A DNA stretch of 64,000 nt, from IMG/VR virus record IMGVR_UViG_3300027029_000001, positions 2,966-66,965 of that record. One strand, 5' to 3'. The notes beneath the pieces are model-generated. The model had not been told where the DNA came from, did not search any database, and was given only the letters and a program-made list of their open reading frames with translations. Both the position numbers and the translations under genes were made by a program. Shown here piece after piece: positions 17,279 through 25,074 of this stretch. Position 1 is the stretch's first letter; every line of letters begins with the position of its first letter. The stretch is from a virus. Its lineage: Duplodnaviria; Caudoviricetes.

Positions 17279-17698
17279 CATCTCAAAAACGCCCCTTGCA
17301 TAGGCGATTGTTTCTGCGTCGCTAAGCGGCCTTCCTTCTGCCTCGGCCGCTTCGATATGGCGGGATACTCGCCGGGCCAACTCCACCATCTGCTCGGGGG
17401 TGTACTCCTGCATACCCGTCGCGCGGAGGGATACCAACAGGGCAGCTTCGCGGATGTTGGCGGCTGGCCTAAGTGCCAAGGTAACGTCCTTTCGCGACGC
17501 TATCTCCTCGTCATAATAGGCCTTTAGCTTGGCGATCGTCCCTTTGTGAGGAAGCCAGGGGCGCTCGGGGTGGTTCTCGATCGGCTCGGTCAGCGTCTTG
17601 TGGTGCAGGCCGGCGCGGGTGGCGAACGCGCTGAGAGAGAGGGCGAGGTCGTCGCTCCACCTTGAGACAAGCGCCCGGATGTCGTCCCCTGCCACCAT
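17246..17698 (-). CDS. Repressor (cI-position HTH protein); start uncertain (17698 or 17785)
   Basis: LSLSAFATRAGLHHKTL HTH; divergent from Cro-like gene; no S24 peptidase domain seen. Confidence 0.7.
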   Translation of the reverse strand: MVAGDDIRALVSRWSDDLALSLSAFATRAGLHHKTLTEPIENHPERPWLPHKGTIAKLKAYYDEEIASRKDVTLALRPAANIREAALLVSLRATGMQEYTPEQMVELARRVSRHIEAAEAEGRPLSDAETIAYARGVFEMLVEGKPVSDC

Positions 17699-17761
17699 AG
17701 GGTTAACGGCATGCCCGTCCGCTCCACCGGGGTCAACCGGAATGGCGGCGCGTATTTCCGC

Positions 17762-17790
17762 TTGATGCGGCGCTTTTATGCGCATATCAT
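17762..17790 (+). promoter_or_regulatory. Rightward promoter TTGATG-N17-TATCAT; near-leaderless cro transcript
   Basis: Exact 17-bp spacer; ATG at 17800; palindrome ATGCGCAT overlaps the -10. Confidence 0.6.
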
Positions 17791-17799
17791 CGGCGGTTA

Positions 17800-18030
17800 A
17801 TGAGCGATTTGCAAACAAGCCCCGCCGAGATCGAGCGCCGCGTCCGGGCGGTCGGGTCGAATCTGCGAGAATTCTGCCGGTTGGTTCCAATGCGCGAATC
17901 CACCTTCCAGCGCTGGAAGAACGAGACCTTTGTCCCTGGGCTTAGGTTGTTCCGTCGCGCGATTGCGCAGCTCGAGGACATGGAGCGCGATCACGCCGAG
18001 TCGGTTCCGACTGAGGACGCCGCGTCGTGA
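17800..18030 (+). CDS. Cro-like HTH protein
   Basis: NLREFCRLVPMRESTFQRWKN. Confidence 0.75.
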   Translation: MSDLQTSPAEIERRVRAVGSNLREFCRLVPMRESTFQRWKNETFVPGLRLFRRAIAQLEDMERDHAESVPTEDAAS

Positions 18031-18419
18031 TTTGCGGATGGCTTTGGAGGCCAGCGAGTGAATGGGCTGCTCATCCTACTTCTCCTCTTGTTCTGGGGTC
18101 TCTGCATAGGCGTCGGTTTCTATCAAAACGGGTACGACGACGGCATAAGGGCGGCGCGTGGGTCTGGGTGTGCGTCGCCGGCCAGCTCGCCGGAGCCGGA
18201 GGAGTAGCCTGGGCCTGGTGGCCTGCCATTGGGCTCGGGGGAGGCGGCGGCGGTTCTGCCGGCACTGGCGCGAGCGCTGCGGCCGTCGCCGTCCCTGAGC
18301 CGTCGAGCTTCGCGCTGCTGCTGGCGGCGCTGGTGTTCCTCGCGGGCGCTGCCGCTCTGTGCCCCTCAGAGAGCAGCGGGCAACGTCTCTCCCCTGCAGA
18401 CCCCGCGAGGAAATCGTGA
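18027..18419 (+). CDS. Miniature PEP-CTERM protein with twin-arginine-like leader
   Basis: HRRRFLSK...hydrophobic segment...Gly linker...VPEPSSFALLLAALVFLAG. Confidence 0.65.
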   Translation: MICGWLWRPASEWAAHPTSPLVLGSLHRRRFLSKRVRRRHKGGAWVWVCVAGQLAGAGGVAWAWWPAIGLGGGGGGSAGTGASAAAVAVPEPSSFALLLAALVFLAGAAALCPSESSGQRLSPADPARKS

Positions 18420-18646
18420 CCGAGGACATGCGCGCCGAGCTTGCGGCCGTCCTTAAGGAATTGGCGGCTGCCACCGCGTCGCTCGCCCGTGTCGAGCATG
18501 CGCTGTTGACCAAGCCGCGCGCCTGCGGGCAGCCCGGCCATCGCATGCATTACCAAATGACGGCCGAGCACGTCGGTTACGCTCGTCATACCGCAGCGGA
18601 AGCCGAACGGCTCGTCACGTTGTTAATAAACAGGGAACCGCAATGA
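18416..18646 (+). CDS. Hypothetical protein
   Basis: GTGA overlap; GAGG RBS. Confidence 0.6.
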   Translation: MTEDMRAELAAVLKELAAATASLARVEHALLTKPRACGQPGHRMHYQMTAEHVGYARHTAAEAERLVTLLINREPQ

Positions 18647-18751
18647 CCGAATCGGCCGCGCAAAGATGCGTGCATGCCCCGCACTTTCTTTCGGTTGTGC
18701 TGTGGGACGAGCTAATCACGCAAAAAGTCGTCCTGTCAACGTCAAAATTTC

Positions 18752-18767
18752 GTTAACGCATTGTTAA
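18752..18767 (-). promoter_or_regulatory. CtrA binding site (TTAA-N7-TTAAC)
   Basis: Minus strand TTAA-caatgcg-TTAAC; extra TTAA at 18774; intergenic. Confidence 0.75.
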
Positions 18768-18810
18768 TAAAGGTTAATTCCGAAACAGGTGTATTGAAAC
18801 AACCGTAGCG

Positions 18811-19173
18811 ATGCGCGCCCATCAAGAACAAACGCTTCATCGGTCCGTCGCTGTGTTGCTTAACGCCGCGCTGCCGCCCGAAGTGTTTTTCACTTCCGTA
18901 CCGGCCGGTGGCGGCGGGAAGGTGCGCGGCGCGATCCTTAAAGGGCTTGGATACCGAAGCGGCACGCCGGATATTTTGCTGATTTCCAACGGGCTGGCCT
19001 ACTTCATCGAGCTAAAGGTGCCGCGCACGGGCATCCTGAGCGCGGCGCAAAAGGAGACGATCCCGGCGCTGCAAAATGCCGGCGCTCGGGTGCGGGTGTG
19101 CCGGTCGCTCGAGGATGTGGAGAACGCGCTGCGCGACTGGCGCATCCCGACGCGGATTGCGAGGTCGGCGTGA
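18811..19173 (+). CDS. VRR-NUC-like nuclease
   Basis: GTPDILL...YFIELKV...SAAQK. Confidence 0.85.
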   Translation: MRAHQEQTLHRSVAVLLNAALPPEVFFTSVPAGGGGKVRGAILKGLGYRSGTPDILLISNGLAYFIELKVPRTGILSAAQKETIPALQNAGARVRVCRSLEDVENALRDWRIPTRIARSA

Positions 19174-19337
19174 CTGATCACCTCACAACCGCCCGCCGTC
19201 TGTTAGTAGGCGCGCAACGTGCGTCGAAGGCCGGAGACGCGGCTGCTGCGCTTGAACTTACATTGGCCGCCGCATCCTATCTGAGACTTGCGAAACTTTT
19301 TGAATCGATGAACGTCAGCGTGGCAGGGCACGCATGA
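19170..19337 (+). CDS. Hypothetical protein
   Basis: GTGA overlap. Confidence 0.5.
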   Translation: MTDHLTTARRLLVGAQRASKAGDAAAALELTLAAASYLRLAKLFESMNVSVAGHA

Positions 19338-19364
19338 CACCCCGCGCACGAAAGGTGATGCGCC

Positions 19365-19592
19365 GTGAGTGACGGCATCGCTGTGTGGCGCGCGCTCGAC
19401 ATCGAGAAGCGGTTCAACCGCTACATGGAACGCGAGCGGACGGTGCGGCTCGGTCGCTCGGTCACGGTGGCGCGGTGCGGGATGATGACGTGCGCTGCCG
19501 CGATCACGGCATTGCAGGACGGGCCTCGGCTAGTGTCGGCGCCCGGCGAATGGGGTTGGCCGAACGCGGTGGATAGCGACCGTGCGATATGA
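19365..19592 (+). CDS. Hypothetical protein
   Basis: ATGA overlap with methylase. Confidence 0.5.
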   Translation: MSDGIAVWRALDIEKRFNRYMERERTVRLGRSVTVARCGMMTCAAAITALQDGPRLVSAPGEWGWPNAVDSDRAI

Positions 19593-20434
19593 ACTTTTAC
19601 AACGACAGCGACCGATTCGCCGCGCAATGGCTCCGCAATTTGATCGGCGGAAACATGGTTCCTGCAGGCGTGGTCGATGAGCGCAGCATCGCCGATATTC
19701 AGCCGGCCGACTGCGCAGGGTTTGAACACTGTCACTTTTTCGCGGGTATTGGAGGCTGGCCGCTCGCGCTGGAAATGGCGGGATGGCCGGCAGCTCGACC
19801 TGTTTGGACCGGAAGCTGTCCCTGTCAGCCTTACTCAACCGCCGGCAAGCGTCTCGGCAACGCAGACAGCCGCAACCTCTGGCGTGAGTTTCGACGCCTC
19901 ATCGCCGAGTGCCGCCCTCCAGCGATCCTTGGCGAACAGGTTGCGGGCCGCGATGGACGTGAATGGCTCGCCGGAGTACGCGCTGACCTGGAAGCATTGG
20001 GATATGCCGTCGGGGCCGCCGATTTGTGCGCTGCGGGCGCGGGCGCGCCCCACATCCGACAACGCCTGTTCTGGGTGGCCGACGCCAGCGCATCAGGACG
20101 GCGAGCATTGTTCCGGCCAGAGCGAGCGGACGGGTGGCCGCAAGTCGAACTTGACCGACACAGCAACGCTGGCGGGCTGGCCGACGCCAATGGCCGGCAG
20201 CCTAGGGACCGACACATACAACCCGGCGGGCAACACAGACAGCAGCCGTCGGACGGTGTCGTTGGTGGCGGGTTGGGGTACGCCGTCGGCACGGGACTGG
20301 AAGAATGGGCAGGCGAGCGACGAGACGATGAACCACAACGCACGCCCACTGAACGAGCAGGCGGTTGCAACTGGCGGGTTTTGGTCCGATTCCGAATGGC
20401 TCCCCTGCCTCGACGCAAAAGCGCGGCGCATTGA
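19589..20434 (+). CDS. C5 cytosine methyltransferase, motifs I-VIII; C-terminus lost by frameshift
   Basis: FFAGIGG, SCPCQPYS, GEQV, HIRQRLFWV. Confidence 0.9.
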   Translation: MNFYNDSDRFAAQWLRNLIGGNMVPAGVVDERSIADIQPADCAGFEHCHFFAGIGGWPLALEMAGWPAARPVWTGSCPCQPYSTAGKRLGNADSRNLWREFRRLIAECRPPAILGEQVAGRDGREWLAGVRADLEALGYAVGAADLCAAGAGAPHIRQRLFWVADASASGRRALFRPERADGWPQVELDRHSNAGGLADANGRQPRDRHIQPGGQHRQQPSDGVVGGGLGYAVGTGLEEWAGERRDDEPQRTPTERAGGCNWRVLVRFRMAPLPRRKSAAH

Positions 20435-20597
20435 ACCCGGCATTTTCCCTCTGGTTGATGGGCTTCCCGGCGCAGTGGATGGCCTTGGTCCCGTCAGCCG
20501 CGTCGGTGCGCTCCGTGGCGCAGGGAACGCCATCGTCCCGCAGGTTGCCGCGCAATTCATAAGCGCGTTCATGGCGCTGGAAAGGGAGACGGGATGA
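19677..20597 (+). CDS. Overlapping +1-frame methylase partner, now ending in motif X
   Basis: QLDLFG, repeated GWPTP, C-terminal GNAIVPQVA. Confidence 0.7.
   Translation: MSAASPIFSRPTAQGLNTVTFSRVLEAGRSRWKWRDGRQLDLFGPEAVPVSLTQPPASVSATQTAATSGVSFDASSPSAALQRSLANRLRAAMDVNGSPEYALTWKHWDMPSGPPICALRARARPTSDNACSGWPTPAHQDGEHCSGQSERTGGRKSNLTDTATLAGWPTPMAGSLGTDTYNPAGNTDSSRRTVSLVAGWGTPSARDWKNGQASDETMNHNARPLNEQAVATGGFWSDSEWLPCLDAKARRIEPGIFPLVDGLPGAVDGLGPVSRVGALRGAGNAIVPQVAAQFISAFMALERETG
20365..20562 (+). pseudogene. Third-frame methylase fragment carrying a motif IX-like segment
   Basis: LNPAFSLWLMGFPAQW; begins at TTG 20365. Confidence 0.55.
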
Positions 20598-21028
20598 CCT
20601 ACCCGCACATTGCCGACCCAATCAAGCACGAGCTGCCGGACTGGGACGTGCCGCGCACGGTATGGGAGTTGACGGAGCACGAGGCCGCCGTAATCCGTGC
20701 GATGCGTGCCGACCCGATAGGCCGTGTCGCCACGATCCAGCGCCATGTCGCCGCGCATTTCGGCATTGCACTAGCTGACATGCGGTCGAGCCGGCGGGCG
20801 CGAGCGGTTGCGCGCCCTCGGCAGGTGGCGATGTACCTGGCGCGCCATCTGACGGAGCACTCGCTGCCGGAGCTCGGCCGGTATTTCGGCAATCGCGACC
20901 ACACGACGGTCATGCTTGCGATTCGCAGAGTCGAGCAGCTGTGCCGCGAGGACGCGGTATTGGCGCGTCAGGTCGCCATGCTGCGCCAGCGGATAGAGCA
21001 TCCCGAACAGTTCGCGATGGCGGTGTGA
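20594..21028 (+). CDS. DnaA C-terminal (domain IV) DNA-binding domain protein
   Basis: RQVAMYLARHLTEHSLPELGRYFGNRDHTTVMLAIRRVE. Confidence 0.9.
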   Translation: MTYPHIADPIKHELPDWDVPRTVWELTEHEAAVIRAMRADPIGRVATIQRHVAAHFGIALADMRSSRRARAVARPRQVAMYLARHLTEHSLPELGRYFGNRDHTTVMLAIRRVEQLCREDAVLARQVAMLRQRIEHPEQFAMAV

Positions 21029-21030
21029 CG

Positions 21031-21459
21031 ATGAAAATCGAAGCGTGGTTCGACGGGGCGTGCGGTCCCGAAAACCCCGGAGGCACCGCGAGCTATGGGG
21101 CCTTCGCGCTGGTTGACGGCAAACGCGTTTGGGAGTGTTCCGAGGTAATGCCGGCCTCGGCATGCCCGCGCGGGACGAGCAACAACCTAGCGGAATACGC
21201 CGGCTTGCTGGCGGTGCTCAGTTGGCTGCTCGATGCGGGCTATCGCTACGAGCCGGCTGTTATCCGAGGCGACAGCAAGTTGGTGATTCAGCAGTGTAGC
21301 GGCAGGTGGCGCGTCAAGAAAGGCATCTACAAGGACTTGGCGCTGCGCTGTGTCGCCATCTTGTCTCAGTTCCCGAATGTGAGACTGGAATGGGTTCCGC
21401 GCGAGTGCAACGTGCAGGCCGATGCGCTGTCGAAGCGCTGCCTTTTGGCGACAGCGTAG
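21031..21459 (+). CDS. Ribonuclease HI family protein
   Basis: WFDGAC, SNNLAEY, GDSKLV, WVPRECNVQADAL. Confidence 0.9.
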   Translation: MKIEAWFDGACGPENPGGTASYGAFALVDGKRVWECSEVMPASACPRGTSNNLAEYAGLLAVLSWLLDAGYRYEPAVIRGDSKLVIQQCSGRWRVKKGIYKDLALRCVAILSQFPNVRLEWVPRECNVQADALSKRCLLATA

Positions 21460-21481
21460 GATTTCGCTTGACTGGAGAAGG

Positions 21482-22040
21482 CATGATTGGAAAATGGAAA
21501 GGCCGGGCGAACATGACCCCCGCCCGGCCTTGTTCCGATTGGTCTGTGACCGCAGCCCCAATCGAATTCCGAGGCCTACATAATACCCTCGGAGCCGAAA
21601 GGCAAGCATCTGCGGTCAGCATAGGGCCGCAGTCTCCCGATAGACTGGCTCAGATAGGACCGAGCGACAGCCGGCCCTTGGATGGAGCGAGCGCGGCCAA
21701 AGCCCACCAGAGAAACCGCGGCAGCCGTTTTGGCTGTGCCCTGCGGGACCGGCCGGGGCCGTCGCCATTCAGCGCCCGCCGGGGAGACCGGCTCAAACAG
21801 CTTTTAATCCGGGTGATCGAAGCCCTACCGGACCAGGAAACTGGCAAGCGAGAATGGACCTTTGCGGAGGGCTGTCTTCGCTGGCTACTTTTTTTTAAGC
21901 CTAAGATTGCATACGAGAATAGTGTTAGAAGAAGGAAGCTTAAGAACAAACAAGAGGAAAAGCAGAAGTTTAGGAGTCTAAGGGTAGGTGTAGGAAAAAA
22001 TCCGCGCGGGGCGAAAAAAACCGCAGGGAGGCGGTCATGA
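21482..22040 (+). CDS. Uncertain ORF; C-terminal K/E/R-rich part resembles a replication-protein linker
   Basis: GGAG before ATG 21482 and ATGA overlap at the end, but the N-half coincides with hairpins. Confidence 0.3.
21496..21755 (+). ncRNA. Candidate structured RNA or origin hairpin array
   Basis: 11-bp perfect stem, 9-bp closing stem of a three-way junction, GCC-GAAA-GGC tetraloop. Confidence 0.4.
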
Positions 22041-22375
22041 GCGGGATTCCGGCATGGTCGCCAAGCGACTTCGACGAATTTTGGGAGCTGACGCCGCCTG
22101 AGCGGAAGGTTGACAAGAAGCGAGCCCGCCAGGAATACGAAAGAGCGCGGCTCATCGCTTCAAAGCAGACAATACATGATAATTACGAACGATATTGGCG
22201 TGAAACCGCCGGTAGGCCGACGCACTACAAAAAGCACCCCTCTACATGGTTGCATGGCGAGAACTGGGATGACGCCCCTCAACAAATTGTTGCCGAAGTT
22301 AGCGCTCGCGACCGGCGAATCGCCGACGCCCGCGCAGCGCTCGTCAACGCCGCCCTCAGTCGCGCTGTCCATTGA
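22037..22375 (+). CDS. Replication initiator C-terminal-type domain protein
   Basis: FDEFWEL...KVDKKRARQEY...KHPSTWLHGENWDD. Confidence 0.75.
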   Translation: MSGIPAWSPSDFDEFWELTPPERKVDKKRARQEYERARLIASKQTIHDNYERYWRETAGRPTHYKKHPSTWLHGENWDDAPQQIVAEVSARDRRIADARAALVNAALSRAVH

Positions 22376-22841
22376 CCGCGCACGGGCCGCGCTAGAGCCC
22401 GCCAGCGCCCCGGAGATCGCCGCATGCCTGGACAAGGCGGGGCGCGTCTTCGGGTATCCGGCGGGCTTCGCAGATGACGAGGTTACGGCGGGCATTTGGC
22501 TCGATGCGCTGTCGGACATTCCGGCGGACCTGCTGAAGGATGCGGTCGACCGCTACATCAACATGCCGTCGCTCGAGGCGCGGTGGTTTCCGCGACCGGG
22601 ACAGCTGCGCGCATTGGCGCTGGAGGAGATGGAAGAGCGGCGCGCTGACCTGCGGCGGCTCGATAGACAATCTGTCGACCAAGGCGCTCGATCGACACCA
22701 AGCGACGACGACATTGCGCATGTCGCGGAGCGGGTCGCGGAGTTCCGCGCGACGGTCGGCGAATCGGTCAAGCCGCGCGTGCAGCCGCTATATGTGAGCA
22801 ACGAAGTGCCCGACACGATCGCGGGGGAGCCGTGGCGATGA
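22269..22841 (+). CDS. Helicase loader-like replication protein
   Basis: WLDALSDIPADLLKDAV...WFPRPGQLR; likely start MTPLNKLL at 22269. Confidence 0.65.
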   Translation: MTPLNKLLPKLALATGESPTPAQRSSTPPSVALSIDRARAALEPASAPEIAACLDKAGRVFGYPAGFADDEVTAGIWLDALSDIPADLLKDAVDRYINMPSLEARWFPRPGQLRALALEEMEERRADLRRLDRQSVDQGARSTPSDDDIAHVAERVAEFRATVGESVKPRVQPLYVSNEVPDTIAGEPWR

Positions 22842-23092
22842 CCTTCGAACGCATTGCGCTAAGGATCGCGATTTTCGTTGCGGGAGCGATATTCGGAATG
22901 GCCGTCGTCGATTTTGAGAGTTTTTTTGAAGGGCCTTGTCCCGACAAGGTTGCCGAGTCGGCTGCGCGATTTCCGATTCCTGAGCCGTGGTGCTTCGGGG
23001 TGATGATCGTGGCCTCGATAGCTATGGGAGTGTGGGGAATGGTGATTTTGGGACGGATGGACAAGACGGAGGAAAAATCCGATGCCGTTTGA
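22838..23092 (+). CDS. Two-TM membrane protein
   Basis: Two hydrophobic segments. Confidence 0.55.
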   Translation: MTFERIALRIAIFVAGAIFGMAVVDFESFFEGPCPDKVAESAARFPIPEPWCFGVMIVASIAMGVWGMVILGRMDKTEEKSDAV

Positions 23093-23387
23093 CGGAGCAC
23101 AACTGAACCAAACCGCCGCTGATTTGCTGGCGGCAAAACGATACCTCGAAACGCATGGATGGATACAAGGGGCAGCAGGCGTGGATGGTGGCCCACGGTG
23201 CATTGTGGGTGCCTCGAACAGTGTGACAAATGATCTAGGGCGTTTGTTTGATCTTAGAGACACCTTCGCTGCGGTGGTTGGATGTCCTAGCAAGTGGAAT
23301 GACCGGCCAGGACGCACCGTCGACGAAGTGTACGCCTTGTTTGACAAGGCTATCGCAATGGCAATGGAGCAAAATGTAAATGCGTAA
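23082..23387 (+). CDS. DUF6197-like phage protein
   Basis: YLETHGWIQG...CIVGA...WNDRPGRTVDEVYALFD. Confidence 0.7.
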   Translation: MPFDGAQLNQTAADLLAAKRYLETHGWIQGAAGVDGGPRCIVGASNSVTNDLGRLFDLRDTFAAVVGCPSKWNDRPGRTVDEVYALFDKAIAMAMEQNVNA

Positions 23388-23703
23388 CCTGTCGCTAGCC
23401 GCTGCCGCGCTGATCCTGTTGGGCGGCGCGGCCTATGCCGAGGACAGGGCCGACGTCATGATCGGCATACAGTTGCAAGCAGTCAGCAAAGACGGTCGCC
23501 CTGTCGGATTCCCACTCATCGCGCCGCCGCCTGATGCCTCTGTGCCTCCGGGCCGCCCGGATTTGTCGATCAAGATCGACAGGCCCAAGCGTCCGCAACC
23601 CGCATCCAGCACTGCGATCTATCTGGGCGGACGAGGGGGCTGCCTGATAATGTACAACAATGTTTGTGTAATAAATGGGACCAAGATGGAGGTGTGGAAA
23701 TGA
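23380..23703 (+). CDS. Exported protein
   Basis: Signal MRNLSLAAAALILLGGAAYA. Confidence 0.7.
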   Translation: MRNLSLAAAALILLGGAAYAEDRADVMIGIQLQAVSKDGRPVGFPLIAPPPDASVPPGRPDLSIKIDRPKRPQPASSTAIYLGGRGGCLIMYNNVCVINGTKMEVWK

Positions 23704-24119
23704 GCTGGCCGTCTAAGCGAGTGTGGGCTGCGGTCGCGTGCCTTGTCGTCTCGACAGCGGCCTATGCCCAGTCGCCGACCCCGCAGCCGCCGCCGGCGCA
23801 GCAGCAGTCGCCGGACCAGCGGCTGATCGCCTACCTGTTCGGCCAGCGCGACAACTACGAGGAGGCGATCATCCGGCTGCAGGCGCGGATCGCGAGCCTC
23901 GAAGCGCAGAAGGACGCGCCGAAGCCGCAGGCTAGCGTGACGCCGCCCGACGCGGTGGCGCGGCAACTAAGCGACCTGCGGCAGCAGCTGGCGAACAGCC
24001 AGGCGCGGGCGACAAGCCTCAACCAGCAGCTGGCGGCGGCGAACCAGCGCATCGCGGCGCTGAGCCCGCACGGGCCGCAGTCGGTTGCGCCGCAGCCATC
24101 GAGGGCTTTGCCGAAATGA
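23700..24119 (+). CDS. Exported coiled-coil protein
   Basis: Signal MSWPSKRVWAAVACLVVSTAAYA; Gln-rich heptads. Confidence 0.75.
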   Translation: MSWPSKRVWAAVACLVVSTAAYAQSPTPQPPPAQQQSPDQRLIAYLFGQRDNYEEAIIRLQARIASLEAQKDAPKPQASVTPPDAVARQLSDLRQQLANSQARATSLNQQLAAANQRIAALSPHGPQSVAPQPSRALPK

Positions 24120-24147
24120 TGCGGCCTCAGTCATTCGGGAGCGCCAT

Positions 24148-24351
24148 ATGACTTTTGTGCGCCCAATTGTTTTTCCATTGCCCGATCATCAGCCGTATCG
24201 GCGGAGAAGATGCAATGACAAGGTCCGGTACGCCGATTGTGAGAGCGCTGATGCCGCGGTCGAAACGATGAACCAGCTTTTCTGCAACACTCCGTCTCGT
24301 GCCTATCAATGCGGCATTTGCGGCGGATGGCATCTCACCACCACTCGGTAA
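24148..24351 (+). CDS. Zn-binding phage protein
   Basis: CNDKVRY...RAYQCGICGGWHLT. Confidence 0.65.
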   Translation: MTFVRPIVFPLPDHQPYRRRRCNDKVRYADCESADAAVETMNQLFCNTPSRAYQCGICGGWHLTTTR

Positions 24352-24599
24352 CGGGCAGTCGATTCGTGCAACTCGGCTTGGAGCAATGCGCCTACCCGCC
24401 CCACGGAAGCCGTCCAGAATCGAATACGGGCCGCGCTGAGGGCGGCAGAGCGCGCGGAAGGGCGCGGGGTGGTGGTTAGGGGCGGGAATTGCCTTCCGGT
24501 GCGCTACGCGCTGTGCGGCAAGCAGGACCCTACGGTGTCGTACTGGAAGAGCAACAGCAAGCCGACGTGCGCGGGATGCCGCGAGCCGAAGGGTGTGGC

Positions 24600-24956
24600 G
24601 TGAACGGCGAATACGGCCGCGATCCTCGTGCATCACGCTGGCGGCTGGCCGAAAGCCAAGGCTGGCGATGCTGCTATTGCGGTATCCGCATGGAGCCGAC
24701 GGTTCGCAACCGGCCGTCGATCTACGCTGTCACGCGCGATCATGTAGTGCCGCGCAGCGAAGGCGGTATGCGACGCTGGGACAATCTCGTCGCGGCCTGC
24801 GCGCTGTGCAATTGCCATCGGCGCTCGATGGACGCAGAGAAGTTCTGGGCATTCGCTGCGGGCAAATGGCGCCCCAACCTTGCCAGGAAATCGCTGTCCG
24901 GGCTGTTGGCATATGCCCGAGCGCGACGACAGCGCGGCGATCCGATCGCCGGTTGA
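24600..24956 (+). CDS. HNH endonuclease
   Basis: CCYCG...TRDHVVPRSEGG...NLVAACALCN. Confidence 0.9.
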   Translation: MNGEYGRDPRASRWRLAESQGWRCCYCGIRMEPTVRNRPSIYAVTRDHVVPRSEGGMRRWDNLVAACALCNCHRRSMDAEKFWAFAAGKWRPNLARKSLSGLLAYARARRQRGDPIAG

Positions 24957-25074
24957 CCGCGCACGCCGAGCTGGCTATCAGCGCCTCATGACGACGGAGG
25001 AGCCAAGTGCGGCGGCGAAACGTGCGCGCTAGGGCAAGCCAAGCTCTTTAGCGCGTCTGAAACGTGAACGGTGG

